Source of the DNA: an uncultured Opitutales bacterium
GTDB lineage: Bacteria; Verrucomicrobiota; Verrucomicrobiia; Opitutales; Intestinicryptomonadaceae
DNA length: 32,000 nucleotides
Reading direction: 5' to 3'
Assembly: GCA_934660865.1 (NCBI GenBank)
Contig: CAKUIA010000004.1
Coordinates: 30,001-62,000 of the forward strand
Shown piece after piece: positions 17,596-26,039 of the stretch (position 1 is the first letter of the stretch; each line of letters opens with the position of its first letter). Under the pieces are notes generated by a model. It was not told the origin of the DNA. It saw only the letters and a list, made by a program, of their open reading frames with translations, and did not search any database. The position numbers were made by a program, and so were the translations under genes.

Positions 17596-18538
17596 CGGCG
17601 TCCCATACGAGAGCCGAAGCCCCCAATATTGCGGCGTATGCCGAGGGCAACTTGCTCGGCAAAAGCTTTACCTTGTTTTTAAACACTTCCAAAAGGTGTT
17701 CGTTCATCGACTTTTCGGCGGGCTTAAAAATAAGGTCGCCGCTCTTTACGGGGCCGCCAAAGAGGAATACCGCCTCGGGGCGCGAGAACATCACAAAGTC
17801 GGCCAAAGATTTGCCGAGCATATAGCCCGTGTATTCGTAGGTTTCCATTGCGGCTTTGTCGCCCGCGCGGGCGGCGTCTTCTATAACCTTTGCGTCCATA
17901 TCCGACCACTTAACGTCGCTTATTGTGCTGCGGCCGTTGTATTCGCAAACCTTTTCAAAATAGGTTCTTTTAATGCCCGTTGCCGAAACGTAGGCCTCCA
18001 AACAGCCGCGCTTGCCGCAGTTGCACATTCTGCCCGAATCTACAACCGTTACGTGGCCAAGCTCGCCCGCAAAACCGTCGGCGCCGTATACCATTTTGCC
18101 GTTTACAACTATGCCCGAGCCCAACCCCGTGCCCAGGGTAATCATTATAAAATCCTTCATATCCTTGGCGCCGCCGTAAATCTTTTCGCCCAAAGCCGCG
18201 GCGTTGGCGTCGTTTGTAAGGTACATGTGCTCGAAGTTGAAATTCATTCTAAGCGTGTCTACGATGGGCCCGCTTGTAAACGGCAAATTCGGCGCCATTT
18301 CTATTGCGCCCGTATAGTAGTTCGCATTGGGCGCGCCCAGGCCTATGCCCATGCACTTGCCGTCGCCGACAAGCTCCATAAGCGATTTTATCGCCTTAAC
18401 AAGCAACGACATATACGAATTGTAGTCGTTTGCGTCGGTTGTCGAAAACCTGTTTTCGGCAACAACTTTGCCGTCTTTTGAAACCGCGCCTATTTTAGTG
18501 TTTGTGCCGCCTATGTCTATTCCGATTGCGTATTCCAT
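17582..18538 (-). CDS. glk: ROK-family glucokinase
   Basis: GIDIGGTNTK, TLGTGLGSGIV, GELGH and the ROK zinc motif CNCGKRGCLE are present. Confidence 0.88.
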   Translation of the reverse strand: MEYAIGIDIGGTNTKIGAVSKDGKVVAENRFSTTDANDYNSYMSLLVKAIKSLMELVGDGKCMGIGLGAPNANYYTGAIEMAPNLPFTSGPIVDTLRMNFNFEHMYLTNDANAAALGEKIYGGAKDMKDFIMITLGTGLGSGIVVNGKMVYGADGFAGELGHVTVVDSGRMCNCGKRGCLEAYVSATGIKRTYFEKVCEYNGRSTISDVKWSDMDAKVIEDAARAGDKAAMETYEYTGYMLGKSLADFVMFSRPEAVFLFGGPVKSGDLIFKPAEKSMNEHLLEVFKNKVKLLPSKLPSAYAAILGASALVWDAVENA

Positions 18539-18571
18539 ATCCGTAAAAATCCAATAGTTTTTAAGGGTTTA

Positions 18572-19942
18572 TTATTTAGATAGTTTTTCAAAAAGCAATT
18601 CATAAAGTTTTGCGCCCTTTTCGAGCATTTCCAGATAAAACGACTCGTTCGGAGCGTGCAGATTGTCCTGCGGGGTAAAAAGCCCCGTCATTACAAAGTC
18701 AAGCTTGGCTACATCGTGCATATAGGCTACCAGCGAAATGCTGCCGCCGTCGCGCACAAAAAGAGGGGGCTTGCCGAACACCTCGCAAACCGCATCTTTT
18801 AAACTGCGCAATACCGCGCCTTTTACGGTGTCTTTTTCCGACTCGGTTTTTGCGTCTATATAATAGGCCTTTGCCCCTCCGCCGTTGTGGGCTTTAAACG
18901 AAACCTTTACGCCTTTTGGGCACCTTTGCAAAATCGCGCTTTGCACAAGTTTCAGGATTTTCGAAGGCTCCTGGTCGGGAACAAGCCTGCACGATATTTT
19001 GCAGAAACACTCGGCGGGAATTATGGTTTTTAGGTCGTTGCCCTGCCAGCCGCCGCCAATGCCGTTTATCTCCAAAGTGGGCATTGCCCTTGTAGAGGCC
19101 ATAACGTCTACGCCCTTTTGCGAATACAAGGCCTCTACATTCAGCTCTTTTTTTATGCTTTCGGGCGTAATGGGCAGTTTTTTTGTTTCGGCAACCTCCC
19201 AGTCGCAAACGGGCTTTACTGCCTCGTAAAAACCGTCTATTGCAACAAGGCCGTCGGCGCCGTGTAAAGACGCAAGCACTTCGCACATGGCCTGCAGGGG
19301 ATTGTACACCATGCCGCCGTACATACCCGAATGAAGGTCGCTATTTGCGCCCTTAAACACGGCGTCGAACGACACCATTCCCCTTATGCCCGTAGTTACC
19401 AAAATTTGCGATTTGTCTGGGCTCATCGTGTCGCTTAACAGGACTATATCGTACTTTGCCAATTCGTCTTTGTGCGAATCTATAAACTTTGCCATGCTGG
19501 GGCTCGAAACCTCCTCTTCGCCGTCGAATATAAAGGCAATGTCCAAGGCGTTGTCGGGGTTTTTGTCCAAAAAATTAAGGTAGCCCGAAAGCAGCGCAGT
19601 AAAGGGGCCCTTGTTGTCGGCCGTGCCCCTGCCGCAAAGCTTGCCGTTTTTTTCGACCGCAACAAACGGGTCGCTATTCCATTTGCACAGGGGCTCTACG
19701 GGCTGGACATCGTAGTGGCCGTAGCACAAAATCCTTGCCTTCGGCGTTGTTTTGCAGTTGCGCTTCGCCCACACAATGGGGTGCAGCGGCGTTTCGACCA
19801 ATTCGCTTTCAAAGCCGTGCTGCCGCATAAAGTCGCGCAAAAACGCGCCGCATTCGCGCACGCTGCCCGCCAGTTCGGGATTCGCCGAAACGCTTTTAAA
19901 GGAAACGAGTTTTTTAAGGAAAGATACGCTGTCGAATTTCAT
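18572..19942 (-). CDS. M20-family dipeptidase / metallohydrolase
   Basis: YGHYDVQPVEP...W.SDPF, GRGTADNKG and FDGEEE are metal-ligand blocks of M20 (CNDP/PepV-like) enzymes. Confidence 0.82.
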   Translation of the reverse strand: MKFDSVSFLKKLVSFKSVSANPELAGSVRECGAFLRDFMRQHGFESELVETPLHPIVWAKRNCKTTPKARILCYGHYDVQPVEPLCKWNSDPFVAVEKNGKLCGRGTADNKGPFTALLSGYLNFLDKNPDNALDIAFIFDGEEEVSSPSMAKFIDSHKDELAKYDIVLLSDTMSPDKSQILVTTGIRGMVSFDAVFKGANSDLHSGMYGGMVYNPLQAMCEVLASLHGADGLVAIDGFYEAVKPVCDWEVAETKKLPITPESIKKELNVEALYSQKGVDVMASTRAMPTLEINGIGGGWQGNDLKTIIPAECFCKISCRLVPDQEPSKILKLVQSAILQRCPKGVKVSFKAHNGGGAKAYYIDAKTESEKDTVKGAVLRSLKDAVCEVFGKPPLFVRDGGSISLVAYMHDVAKLDFVMTGLFTPQDNLHAPNESFYLEMLEKGAKLYELLFEKLSK

Positions 19943-20040
19943 TTTTTTACGGATTTATTAAAGCCCCATTTGCCCTGTCGAAAACAAAACGAGACCGTCA
20001 AAAATATGGCGGCCTCGAACGAATTTCGGCAAAAAAACAA

Positions 20041-20433
20041 CTACATGCCCTTTAGCACTTTGGACATTTGGTTGTAGATTTCCTGGCACTTCATCAAGTT
20101 GCCGCTGCCGTATTTAAACACCGCCTTGCAAATGCCGGGCTTTTCCTGCGAAATTGCAACGCTTATGAAGGCGTCTTTCGGGCCTCTGGCTATAATCTTT
20201 GCGGTGTTGGGTTTTACTTTTTGTCCAACCCTGTAGTATTTAAGCTGGTCTAATGCCGTGTTGGCCGCCTTAAACACAACGTTTATGTCGCCGTCGAAAC
20301 GGCCTATCATTTCGCCCGAAGCGGAATCGTAGTTGGCTTCGGGGTGTGTTTCGGACTCAACGCCCAAGTTTGTCGTGCAACCTACAAACATCGCGGCAAC
20401 AGACGCCAATAATGCTAAAGTTAGTTTTTTCAT
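20041..20433 (-). CDS. Small lipoprotein of unknown function (130 aa)
   Basis: The signal MKKLTLALLASVAAMFVGC carries a lipobox-like VGC. Confidence 0.65.
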   Translation of the reverse strand: MKKLTLALLASVAAMFVGCTTNLGVESETHPEANYDSASGEMIGRFDGDINVVFKAANTALDQLKYYRVGQKVKPNTAKIIARGPKDAFISVAISQEKPGICKAVFKYGSGNLMKCQEIYNQMSKVLKGM

Positions 20434-20481
20434 AATGGTTATATAATTTAGTTTGGTTATAATTTTACAAGCTTTTTTTGC

Positions 20482-21903
20482 CTATTCTTTTACAATTTCA
20501 AAACCGTCTTTTTTGTCGAGAACGCCCCACCCCAAAGCCGAGATTTCCTTCCTTAAAGAGTCGGCCAAGGCAAAATCTTTGGCCTTTTTTGCGTCCCAGC
20601 GTTTTTGGGCAAGCTCCCTTACGTTTTCGGGAACGTCTACAACCTGCTTTTCGAGAGTTTCGAACGGAACAATGCCGACGCAGTACAGGAAACGCGCATA
20701 GCTTTTTGCGTCCTGCAAAGCGGGCTTTTCCAGCTTCTGGAATGCGGTAAACGCCTCGCCCATGGCTTTGGGCACGTTTATGTCGTCGCACATGGCGTTG
20801 TAGGCGGGTATAAAAGCTCCCTCTTCTTCGCCGAAATCCCTCTTTTCCAAAATGTCGCAAAACTGCTTTTGGGTAAGGGGTATTTTTTCGAGCATGCTAG
20901 CCGCCAATTTGTCGAGCTTTGCAAGGGCGCTTTTTGCGTCGTCTAGCCCCTTAAAGGTAAAGTTAAGCTGCTGGCGGTAGTGCCCCATAAGCAGCGCCAA
21001 CCTAACCTGCATGGGCGTGTATCCTTTGCCTTCCAAATCGTCCAAAGTGTAGAGGTTGCCCAAACTTTTTGACATTTTTTTGCCCTCTACCATAAGGTGC
21101 GCCGAATGGAACCAATAGCGCACATAGGGTTTTACGCCGCTTGCACATTCGCTTTGGGCTATTTCGTTTTCGTGGTGGGGAAAGCACAAGTCTATTCCGC
21201 CGCCGTGAAGGTCGAAGCTGGGCCCCAAATATTTCGCGCTCATGGCCGAGCATTCTATATGCCAGCCGGGCCTGCCCTCGCCCCACGGGCTTTTCCAGGA
21301 ATTTTCGCCGTCTTCGGGTTTTTTGCCCTTCCACAACGCGAAATCCGAAACGCTGTCGCGCTCGTACTCGTCGGCCAAATTTGCGCTGCCCGCCGAATTT
21401 TCGCTTTGGGTGGAAAGCGACGAAGTGTCTAGCCCCGAAAGCTTGCCGTATTCGGGAAAGCTTGAAATTTTAAAGTATACGCTGCCGTCGGGCATGGCGT
21501 AGGCGTGGCCTTTGTCGACAAGCGCCTTTACCATTTTTATCTGCTCGCCTATGTGCTCGGTCGCCTTCGGCTCTACCGTGGGGGCAAGCATGTTAAGCTT
21601 TTTGCAGTCGGCATGGAATTTGTCGGTCCACTTTTGGGTAAACTCTTTTAAGGTTATGCCGAGCTTTCGGCTTTCCCTGATTGTCTTGTCGTCTACGTCG
21701 GTTATGTTGCGCACATGCTTTACCTTAACGCCCGAAGCCTCCAGGGTTCTGCGCAGGGCGTCCTGAACTAAAAATGTTCTGAAATTGCCGATGTGCGCAG
21801 GACCGTATACCGTAGGCCCGCAGCAATACATCTTAAATTCCGACCCTTTCGGTTCAAGGGTTTCTTTGGCTCTGTCTATTGTGTTGTGAATTAAAACCTT
21901 CAT
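20482..21903 (-). CDS. cysS: Cysteine--tRNA ligase
   Basis: A HIGH-type motif PAHIGNFRT, KMSKS (KKMSKSLGN) and the WHIECS zinc site are present. Confidence 0.95.
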   Translation of the reverse strand: MKVLIHNTIDRAKETLEPKGSEFKMYCCGPTVYGPAHIGNFRTFLVQDALRRTLEASGVKVKHVRNITDVDDKTIRESRKLGITLKEFTQKWTDKFHADCKKLNMLAPTVEPKATEHIGEQIKMVKALVDKGHAYAMPDGSVYFKISSFPEYGKLSGLDTSSLSTQSENSAGSANLADEYERDSVSDFALWKGKKPEDGENSWKSPWGEGRPGWHIECSAMSAKYLGPSFDLHGGGIDLCFPHHENEIAQSECASGVKPYVRYWFHSAHLMVEGKKMSKSLGNLYTLDDLEGKGYTPMQVRLALLMGHYRQQLNFTFKGLDDAKSALAKLDKLAASMLEKIPLTQKQFCDILEKRDFGEEEGAFIPAYNAMCDDINVPKAMGEAFTAFQKLEKPALQDAKSYARFLYCVGIVPFETLEKQVVDVPENVRELAQKRWDAKKAKDFALADSLRKEISALGWGVLDKKDGFEIVKE

Positions 21904-21947
21904 TATTTTATTGCGTAAATTATGGCTTGTATGAAAATAAAAGCATT

Positions 21948-22970
21948 ATGGACGAAAATTTCAAGCTCGATATAAGACAGCGTCCGAGAAGAATGAGGAA
22001 AAGCAAATCCATACTCGGATTGTGTCAGGAAACGCACCTTTGCAAAAAAGACCTAATACAGCCTTTATTTGTAATCGACCAAAAAAACAAAATTCAAGCC
22101 ATAGACTCTATGCCCGACCAGTATAGGTTGTCGATAGACAGGCTTTTGAAGAAGTGCGACGACCTTCTTAAAAACGGTATTTCAAGCATTGCGCTTTTCC
22201 CCACTTTAGACGCAAAACTTAAAGACGAAAAGGCGTCGCAGGCGGTAAACGAAAACTGTCTGTTTTACAGGGCAATAAGAAGCGTAAAAAAGCGCTTCCC
22301 TGAAATGACGCTTATTGCCGACATAGCGCTGGACCCATACACAAGCCACGGCCACGACGGGCTTATAGACCCGAAAACGAACACGATTATGAACGACGAA
22401 ACGGTTGAAATTTTAACCGCAATGTCGCTTTTGTGCGCCGACGCGGGGGCCGATTTTGTTGCGCCGTCGGACATGATGGACGGCAGAATAGGCGCCATAC
22501 GCGAAAACCTCGACGAATGCGGCTTTACAAACACCGCCATTATGGCCTACAGCGCAAAATACGCCTCGGTATTCTACGGGCCTTTTAGGGACGCGGTAAA
22601 ATCGTCTTCGGCCGCAGGCACAAAGAACCTCGACAAACTTTCGTACCAGCTTAACCCCGCAAATTCGAGAACCGCAATTTTAGAGGCCTACCTCGACGAA
22701 AGCGAATGTGCCGACGTTTTAATGGTAAAACCGGCAATGTACTATCTCGACATTGTAAAGGCCGTGCGCGAACGCTCAATGCTGCCGATAGCCGCCTATC
22801 AGGTTTCGGGCGAATACTCCATGATAAAGAACGCGGCGGCCCTCGGATATTTCGATTTGGACAAGGCGATTTACGAATCGCTTATTTCCATAAAAAGGGC
22901 GGGAGCCGACATGGTTTTAACCTACTTTGCAGAATACTACGCAAGGGAAATGGCCGACAAGTTCCAATAG
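21948..22970 (+). CDS. hemB: Porphobilinogen synthase (delta-aminolevulinate dehydratase), aspartate-rich and zinc-independent type
   Basis: Start MDENFKL at 21948; the TTG-extended ORF from 21879 overlaps cysS. The metal site is DIALDPYTSHGHDG, and PSDMMDGR and the Schiff-base lysine in VLMVKPA are present. Confidence 0.93.
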   Translation: MDENFKLDIRQRPRRMRKSKSILGLCQETHLCKKDLIQPLFVIDQKNKIQAIDSMPDQYRLSIDRLLKKCDDLLKNGISSIALFPTLDAKLKDEKASQAVNENCLFYRAIRSVKKRFPEMTLIADIALDPYTSHGHDGLIDPKTNTIMNDETVEILTAMSLLCADAGADFVAPSDMMDGRIGAIRENLDECGFTNTAIMAYSAKYASVFYGPFRDAVKSSSAAGTKNLDKLSYQLNPANSRTAILEAYLDESECADVLMVKPAMYYLDIVKAVRERSMLPIAAYQVSGEYSMIKNAAALGYFDLDKAIYESLISIKRAGADMVLTYFAEYYAREMADKFQ

Positions 22971-22979
22971 GGCAAAACT

Positions 22980-23897
22980 ATGGGGGGCACGCACAAAGAG
23001 GGAGTATTTCCCGCACAAAAAGGCATAAAAAACCTTTGTGCGCGCCTGCTTGCAAAGGCCTTTATGGCGGCTTTGCCGCTGCAGGCGCTTTCGGGATTTT
23101 GCGCCGAACTTGCCCCTCTAAAGCTCGACACGTTCATTTCGCAAAGCGAGCCTTCAAAATCGTTCGAAAACGAAATATTCCTTTTAGTTTCAAACGAAAA
23201 AGACCGCGCAAAAATAGCCTACATTCCCTTTAGGTGCGACCCTGTTTTGTTTGCCTTTAACCCGCAAAAAGATACGGTTTTTTTGTCGAAATTGCTTTTG
23301 CACATAAAAGCCGACAGCGCCTTTACCGAAAAGGTTAAAAAGCTGGCTAAAGACGCAGGCATAAACGGGCAACTTGCCGACAAAGACGAACTTGCAAAAA
23401 TAAAAGCCGCCAACGACGCCCTTAACGTTAAAATTGCGGTTTTTGCAATAGTAAACGAATCGGCATTCTTCGATATCAACGACACCTACAAAGTTTCGTG
23501 GAACGGCGAAAACGAAAAAATTGCGCCCGCCCACGACGCAAATTCCCCCGCGCTCGACACAATAGCGGCCTTTAGGCTTGGAACTTTGCAGCTAAAGCTA
23601 AACGGCCAACTTAAAGACGGCGATATGTTTGAATTTACAAGCGACGCCTTTTCGGACTACATAAACTACGCGCTTGCAGCCAAAAGCGAAAAAAAGAAGG
23701 CTATTGCCTTCCCGAGATTCTGCCGAGAACTAGACGTTGCAACACTTGTTTTAGTGCAGGAAAGCGGAACAACCGACATTCTGTTTTATTCGGCAAATTC
23801 GTTCGACGAGGAAAACGACGGATTTTCGGACAAACCCGACTTTAGGCCCAAACTGGTTTTGGAATTTTCGGCAAAAAGCGAAATTTCAAACGACTAG
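22980..23897 (+). CDS. Hypothetical protein (305 aa), probably exported
   Basis: The ATG lies 9 nt after the hemB stop, with an alternative ATG at 23064. The composition looks coding. The hydrophobic segment is AFMAALPLQALSGFCA. I recognise no family with confidence. Confidence 0.55.
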   Translation: MGGTHKEGVFPAQKGIKNLCARLLAKAFMAALPLQALSGFCAELAPLKLDTFISQSEPSKSFENEIFLLVSNEKDRAKIAYIPFRCDPVLFAFNPQKDTVFLSKLLLHIKADSAFTEKVKKLAKDAGINGQLADKDELAKIKAANDALNVKIAVFAIVNESAFFDINDTYKVSWNGENEKIAPAHDANSPALDTIAAFRLGTLQLKLNGQLKDGDMFEFTSDAFSDYINYALAAKSEKKKAIAFPRFCRELDVATLVLVQESGTTDILFYSANSFDEENDGFSDKPDFRPKLVLEFSAKSEISND

Positions 23898-24034
23898 TAT
23901 ATAAGCTAAAAATTTTTATAAATTTTTTACTTACTATATTTTCGTATCTTACGAAATTTATATATAAAAAAGTGCTTGACTGTATCGAATTTATAACTTA
24001 ACTATACCGCCATAACTCAAAACGGAGTAACTAT
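23898..24034 (+). promoter_or_regulatory. AT-rich control region with A/T tracts, a 7 bp palindrome and a TTGACT hexamer
   Basis: The sequence is far more AT-rich than its flanks. tttcgta (23940-23946) pairs with tacgaaa (23950-23956). TTGACT is at 23976-23981 and GGAG at 24024-24027, upstream of the ATG at 24035. Confidence 0.45.
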
Positions 24035-24829
24035 ATGATGGGGAAAAAAGTTATTATGTTGTTGGGTTTTGCGTGCGCATTATTGTCGACAAACGCCGTC
24101 GGCGCACAAAACCAACAGGGGGTAAAATCCCCCAAAGCCGTTGCAACAAAAGCTGTTGCAAATACGGCAAAAGCGGGCATTGCCGAGGCGCAAAAGGCCG
24201 CCCACAAAGTCGTGCAAATCGACGAATCTAAAATAGCAAAGGTAGACAAGTCTAAAATAGCCAAGACAGATTCCTCTAAGCTTGTGCCAAAAGCACAGAT
24301 TGCCGACAAGGTGGCCGAAGCGAAAAAGGCAAAAGAGGCGAAAAACGCCAAGCCCAAGAAAAAGTTGCGCAGCCGCAACCAGGTTATAAACATTCAGGTT
24401 GTATCCTGGGGGCCGAAAATGGCCGACGCCGAAGACGCATGTTTGGCGGCGGTTCGCAAATACGCGGGCGAAAAACGCCAATATAATGTAAAGGACATTT
24501 CCTTTGTAAGGGAAACTGGCACAAAGCTTATAGCCTTTTTGCGCGCCGACTTTACCGAAAACATTATAGACGGTTTTAAGCTTCAGCTTGAAGTTACCGC
24601 AGGCTACGGCACAACGCGCGAACGCGCCTACACAAAGGCAATGCAAAAGGCGGCATTTAAGGTGAAAACCGTGCGCTCGGCCTCCGACAACTGGAACAAG
24701 GTAGACAGCAACATAAAAAACAGCAACGAAGACGGGTTTTTCCCGTATCTGTACAGCTTCGAAAAAATCAACGACGAATACATGTGCAAGCTCTATTTCC
24801 AATACATTAAACCCGTAAACGCAAAATAG
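24035..24829 (+). CDS. Secreted Lys/Ala-rich protein with a C-terminal globular domain, unknown function
   Basis: It has the best SD in the window (GGAG), a signal peptide MMGKKVIMLLGFACALLSTNAVGA, a K/A-rich repeat region, and a domain of about 150 aa (VTAGYGTTRERAYTKAMQKAAFKV). Confidence 0.7.
   Translation: MMGKKVIMLLGFACALLSTNAVGAQNQQGVKSPKAVATKAVANTAKAGIAEAQKAAHKVVQIDESKIAKVDKSKIAKTDSSKLVPKAQIADKVAEAKKAKEAKNAKPKKKLRSRNQVINIQVVSWGPKMADAEDACLAAVRKYAGEKRQYNVKDISFVRETGTKLIAFLRADFTENIIDGFKLQLEVTAGYGTTRERAYTKAMQKAAFKVKTVRSASDNWNKVDSNIKNSNEDGFFPYLYSFEKINDEYMCKLYFQYIKPVNAK
24221..24270 (+). repeat. In-frame 24 nt tandem repeat (about 2 copies) inside the CDS
   Basis: gacgaatctaaaatagcaaag (24221-24241) is repeated as gacaagtctaaaatagccaag (24245-24265). 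It encodes D(E/K)SKIAK(V/T). Confidence 0.7.
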
Positions 24830-24866
24830 AACTTTTGTTTTAAATTAAATCCGAAAATAAAAAATT

Positions 24867-24894
24867 AAACGCACCCCGAAAGGAGTGCGTTTTT
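24867..24894. terminator. Bidirectional terminator between convergent genes
   Basis: aaacgcac (24867-24874) pairs with gtgcgttt (24885-24892). The stem is flanked by an A-run upstream and T-run downstream. Confidence 0.7.
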
Positions 24895-24913
24895 AAATTG
24901 CCGAAAACTTCCG

Positions 24914-26038
24914 CTAAAATTTGATTTTTGTGGGGGTTATCGAAAATGTCTTTTCGTATTCGGCGCAAATTTTGTCGGCGTCTTGCTCTCCGAATTCGGG
25001 GGTTGTCATTGCCATAACGCAACCGCCAAAACCGCCGCCCGAAAGGCGCGCGCCGTAAACGTTTTTGTTTTCGGTAAGCTTTTCAACAAGCCAGTCTAGC
25101 TCTTTGCACGAATTGCCGAAAAGCCTGCTGGAACTCCAGTGCGAAGCCGTAAGCAGCTTGCCGAGGGCAACGGGGTCTTTTTCGTCTATGCACTTGCACG
25201 CGGCAAAAACCCTGCCTATTTCGTCTATAATGTGCTTGGCGCGGTTGTATACAACGGCGTCCATTTTAGGCTTCGCGTTTTCCAAATCCTGCGCGGTAAA
25301 GGCCCTTAAAAGCCTAAATTCGCCCGGGTCGGAAAGTATTTTGGCCGCCTGCATGCACGATTCCCTTAGCTTTGCATAGGCGCCGTCTACAAGCGAATGT
25401 TTTGTTGCCGAATTGAAAATCCACAGCTTCCATTCCTTGGGCAGCATAATGCTTTTAAATTCGTCTTTAAGACAGTCTATAAAAACAAGGTTGTTGTCGC
25501 TTCCGAAACCCGAAACGCCCTGGTCTAATATGCCGCAGGGCATTCCCATAAACTCGTTTTCGCACTTTTTCGCAATCTTTACCATTTCCAATGTGGAAAG
25601 ATTTAGGTTGTACAGCCCGTTTAAGGCCCTTGCCATTGCAAGCTCTATCGCCGCCGAGCTGCTTAGCCCCGCCCCGCTGGGCAGGTCCGACATATCCAAA
25701 AAGTCGAAGCCGCAGTCTATATTGCAGCCATGCTCCTTTGCGTATTTTACCACGCCAATGCAGTAGTTTGCCCAGTTTTGGCGCGGCGGCTGTTTTTGGC
25801 AGGTGTCCAAGCTTACGCATACGCTGTCGCGGCTTTTCGAGTTGCCAAACCTCATTGTATTGTCGTTGCGCTTTGCCAAAGCCACGCATATGTGCCTGCT
25901 AATGGCGGCGCCCAAAACAACCCCGCCGTTGTAGTCTACGTGGTTGCCTATAAATTCTATACGCCCCGAAGCCGCAGAGACAACCTGCGGCTTGTAGCCG
26001 TAAAAATCCAGAAATTTTTTTGCGAGAGCTTCTTTCAT
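24914..26038 (-). CDS. galK: Galactokinase
   Basis: GRIEFIGNHVDYNGG is the galactokinase signature, and the GHMP motif PSGAGLSSSAA is present. Confidence 0.9.
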   Translation of the reverse strand: MKEALAKKFLDFYGYKPQVVSAASGRIEFIGNHVDYNGGVVLGAAISRHICVALAKRNDNTMRFGNSKSRDSVCVSLDTCQKQPPRQNWANYCIGVVKYAKEHGCNIDCGFDFLDMSDLPSGAGLSSSAAIELAMARALNGLYNLNLSTLEMVKIAKKCENEFMGMPCGILDQGVSGFGSDNNLVFIDCLKDEFKSIMLPKEWKLWIFNSATKHSLVDGAYAKLRESCMQAAKILSDPGEFRLLRAFTAQDLENAKPKMDAVVYNRAKHIIDEIGRVFAACKCIDEKDPVALGKLLTASHWSSSRLFGNSCKELDWLVEKLTENKNVYGARLSGGGFGGCVMAMTTPEFGEQDADKICAEYEKTFSITPTKIKF

Positions 26039-26039
26039 T

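Noticed and set aside
17696-18481. A 261-aa ORF on the + strand.
   Set aside because: It is fully antisense to the clearly recognisable ROK glucokinase. Its translation is rich in R, A, F, C and G and low in complexity (ARAGGVFYNLCVHIRPLNVAYCAAAVV), and it has no motif or start context. It is a typical shadow ORF of the codon bias in this genome.
20434-20481. A TATATA/TATAAC element only 4-8 nt from the lipoprotein ATG, suggesting a leaderless mRNA.
   Set aside because: The spacer is AT-rich, so such hexamers arise by chance. There is no supporting -35 at proper spacing, and this cannot be judged without transcription start data.
24221-24270. Short tandem repeat checked as a possible CRISPR or minisatellite.
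   Set aside because: It has only about 2 copies, is in frame inside a CDS and has no spacers. It is a coding peptide repeat.
24080-24802. A 240-aa minus-strand ORF almost as long as the + strand gene it overlaps.
   Set aside because: The + strand frame has an SD, a signal peptide and a protein-like composition. The minus-frame product is F/C/R/G/V-rich junk (FRLFCLFRFGHLVGNLCFWHKLRGICLGYFRLVYLCYF).
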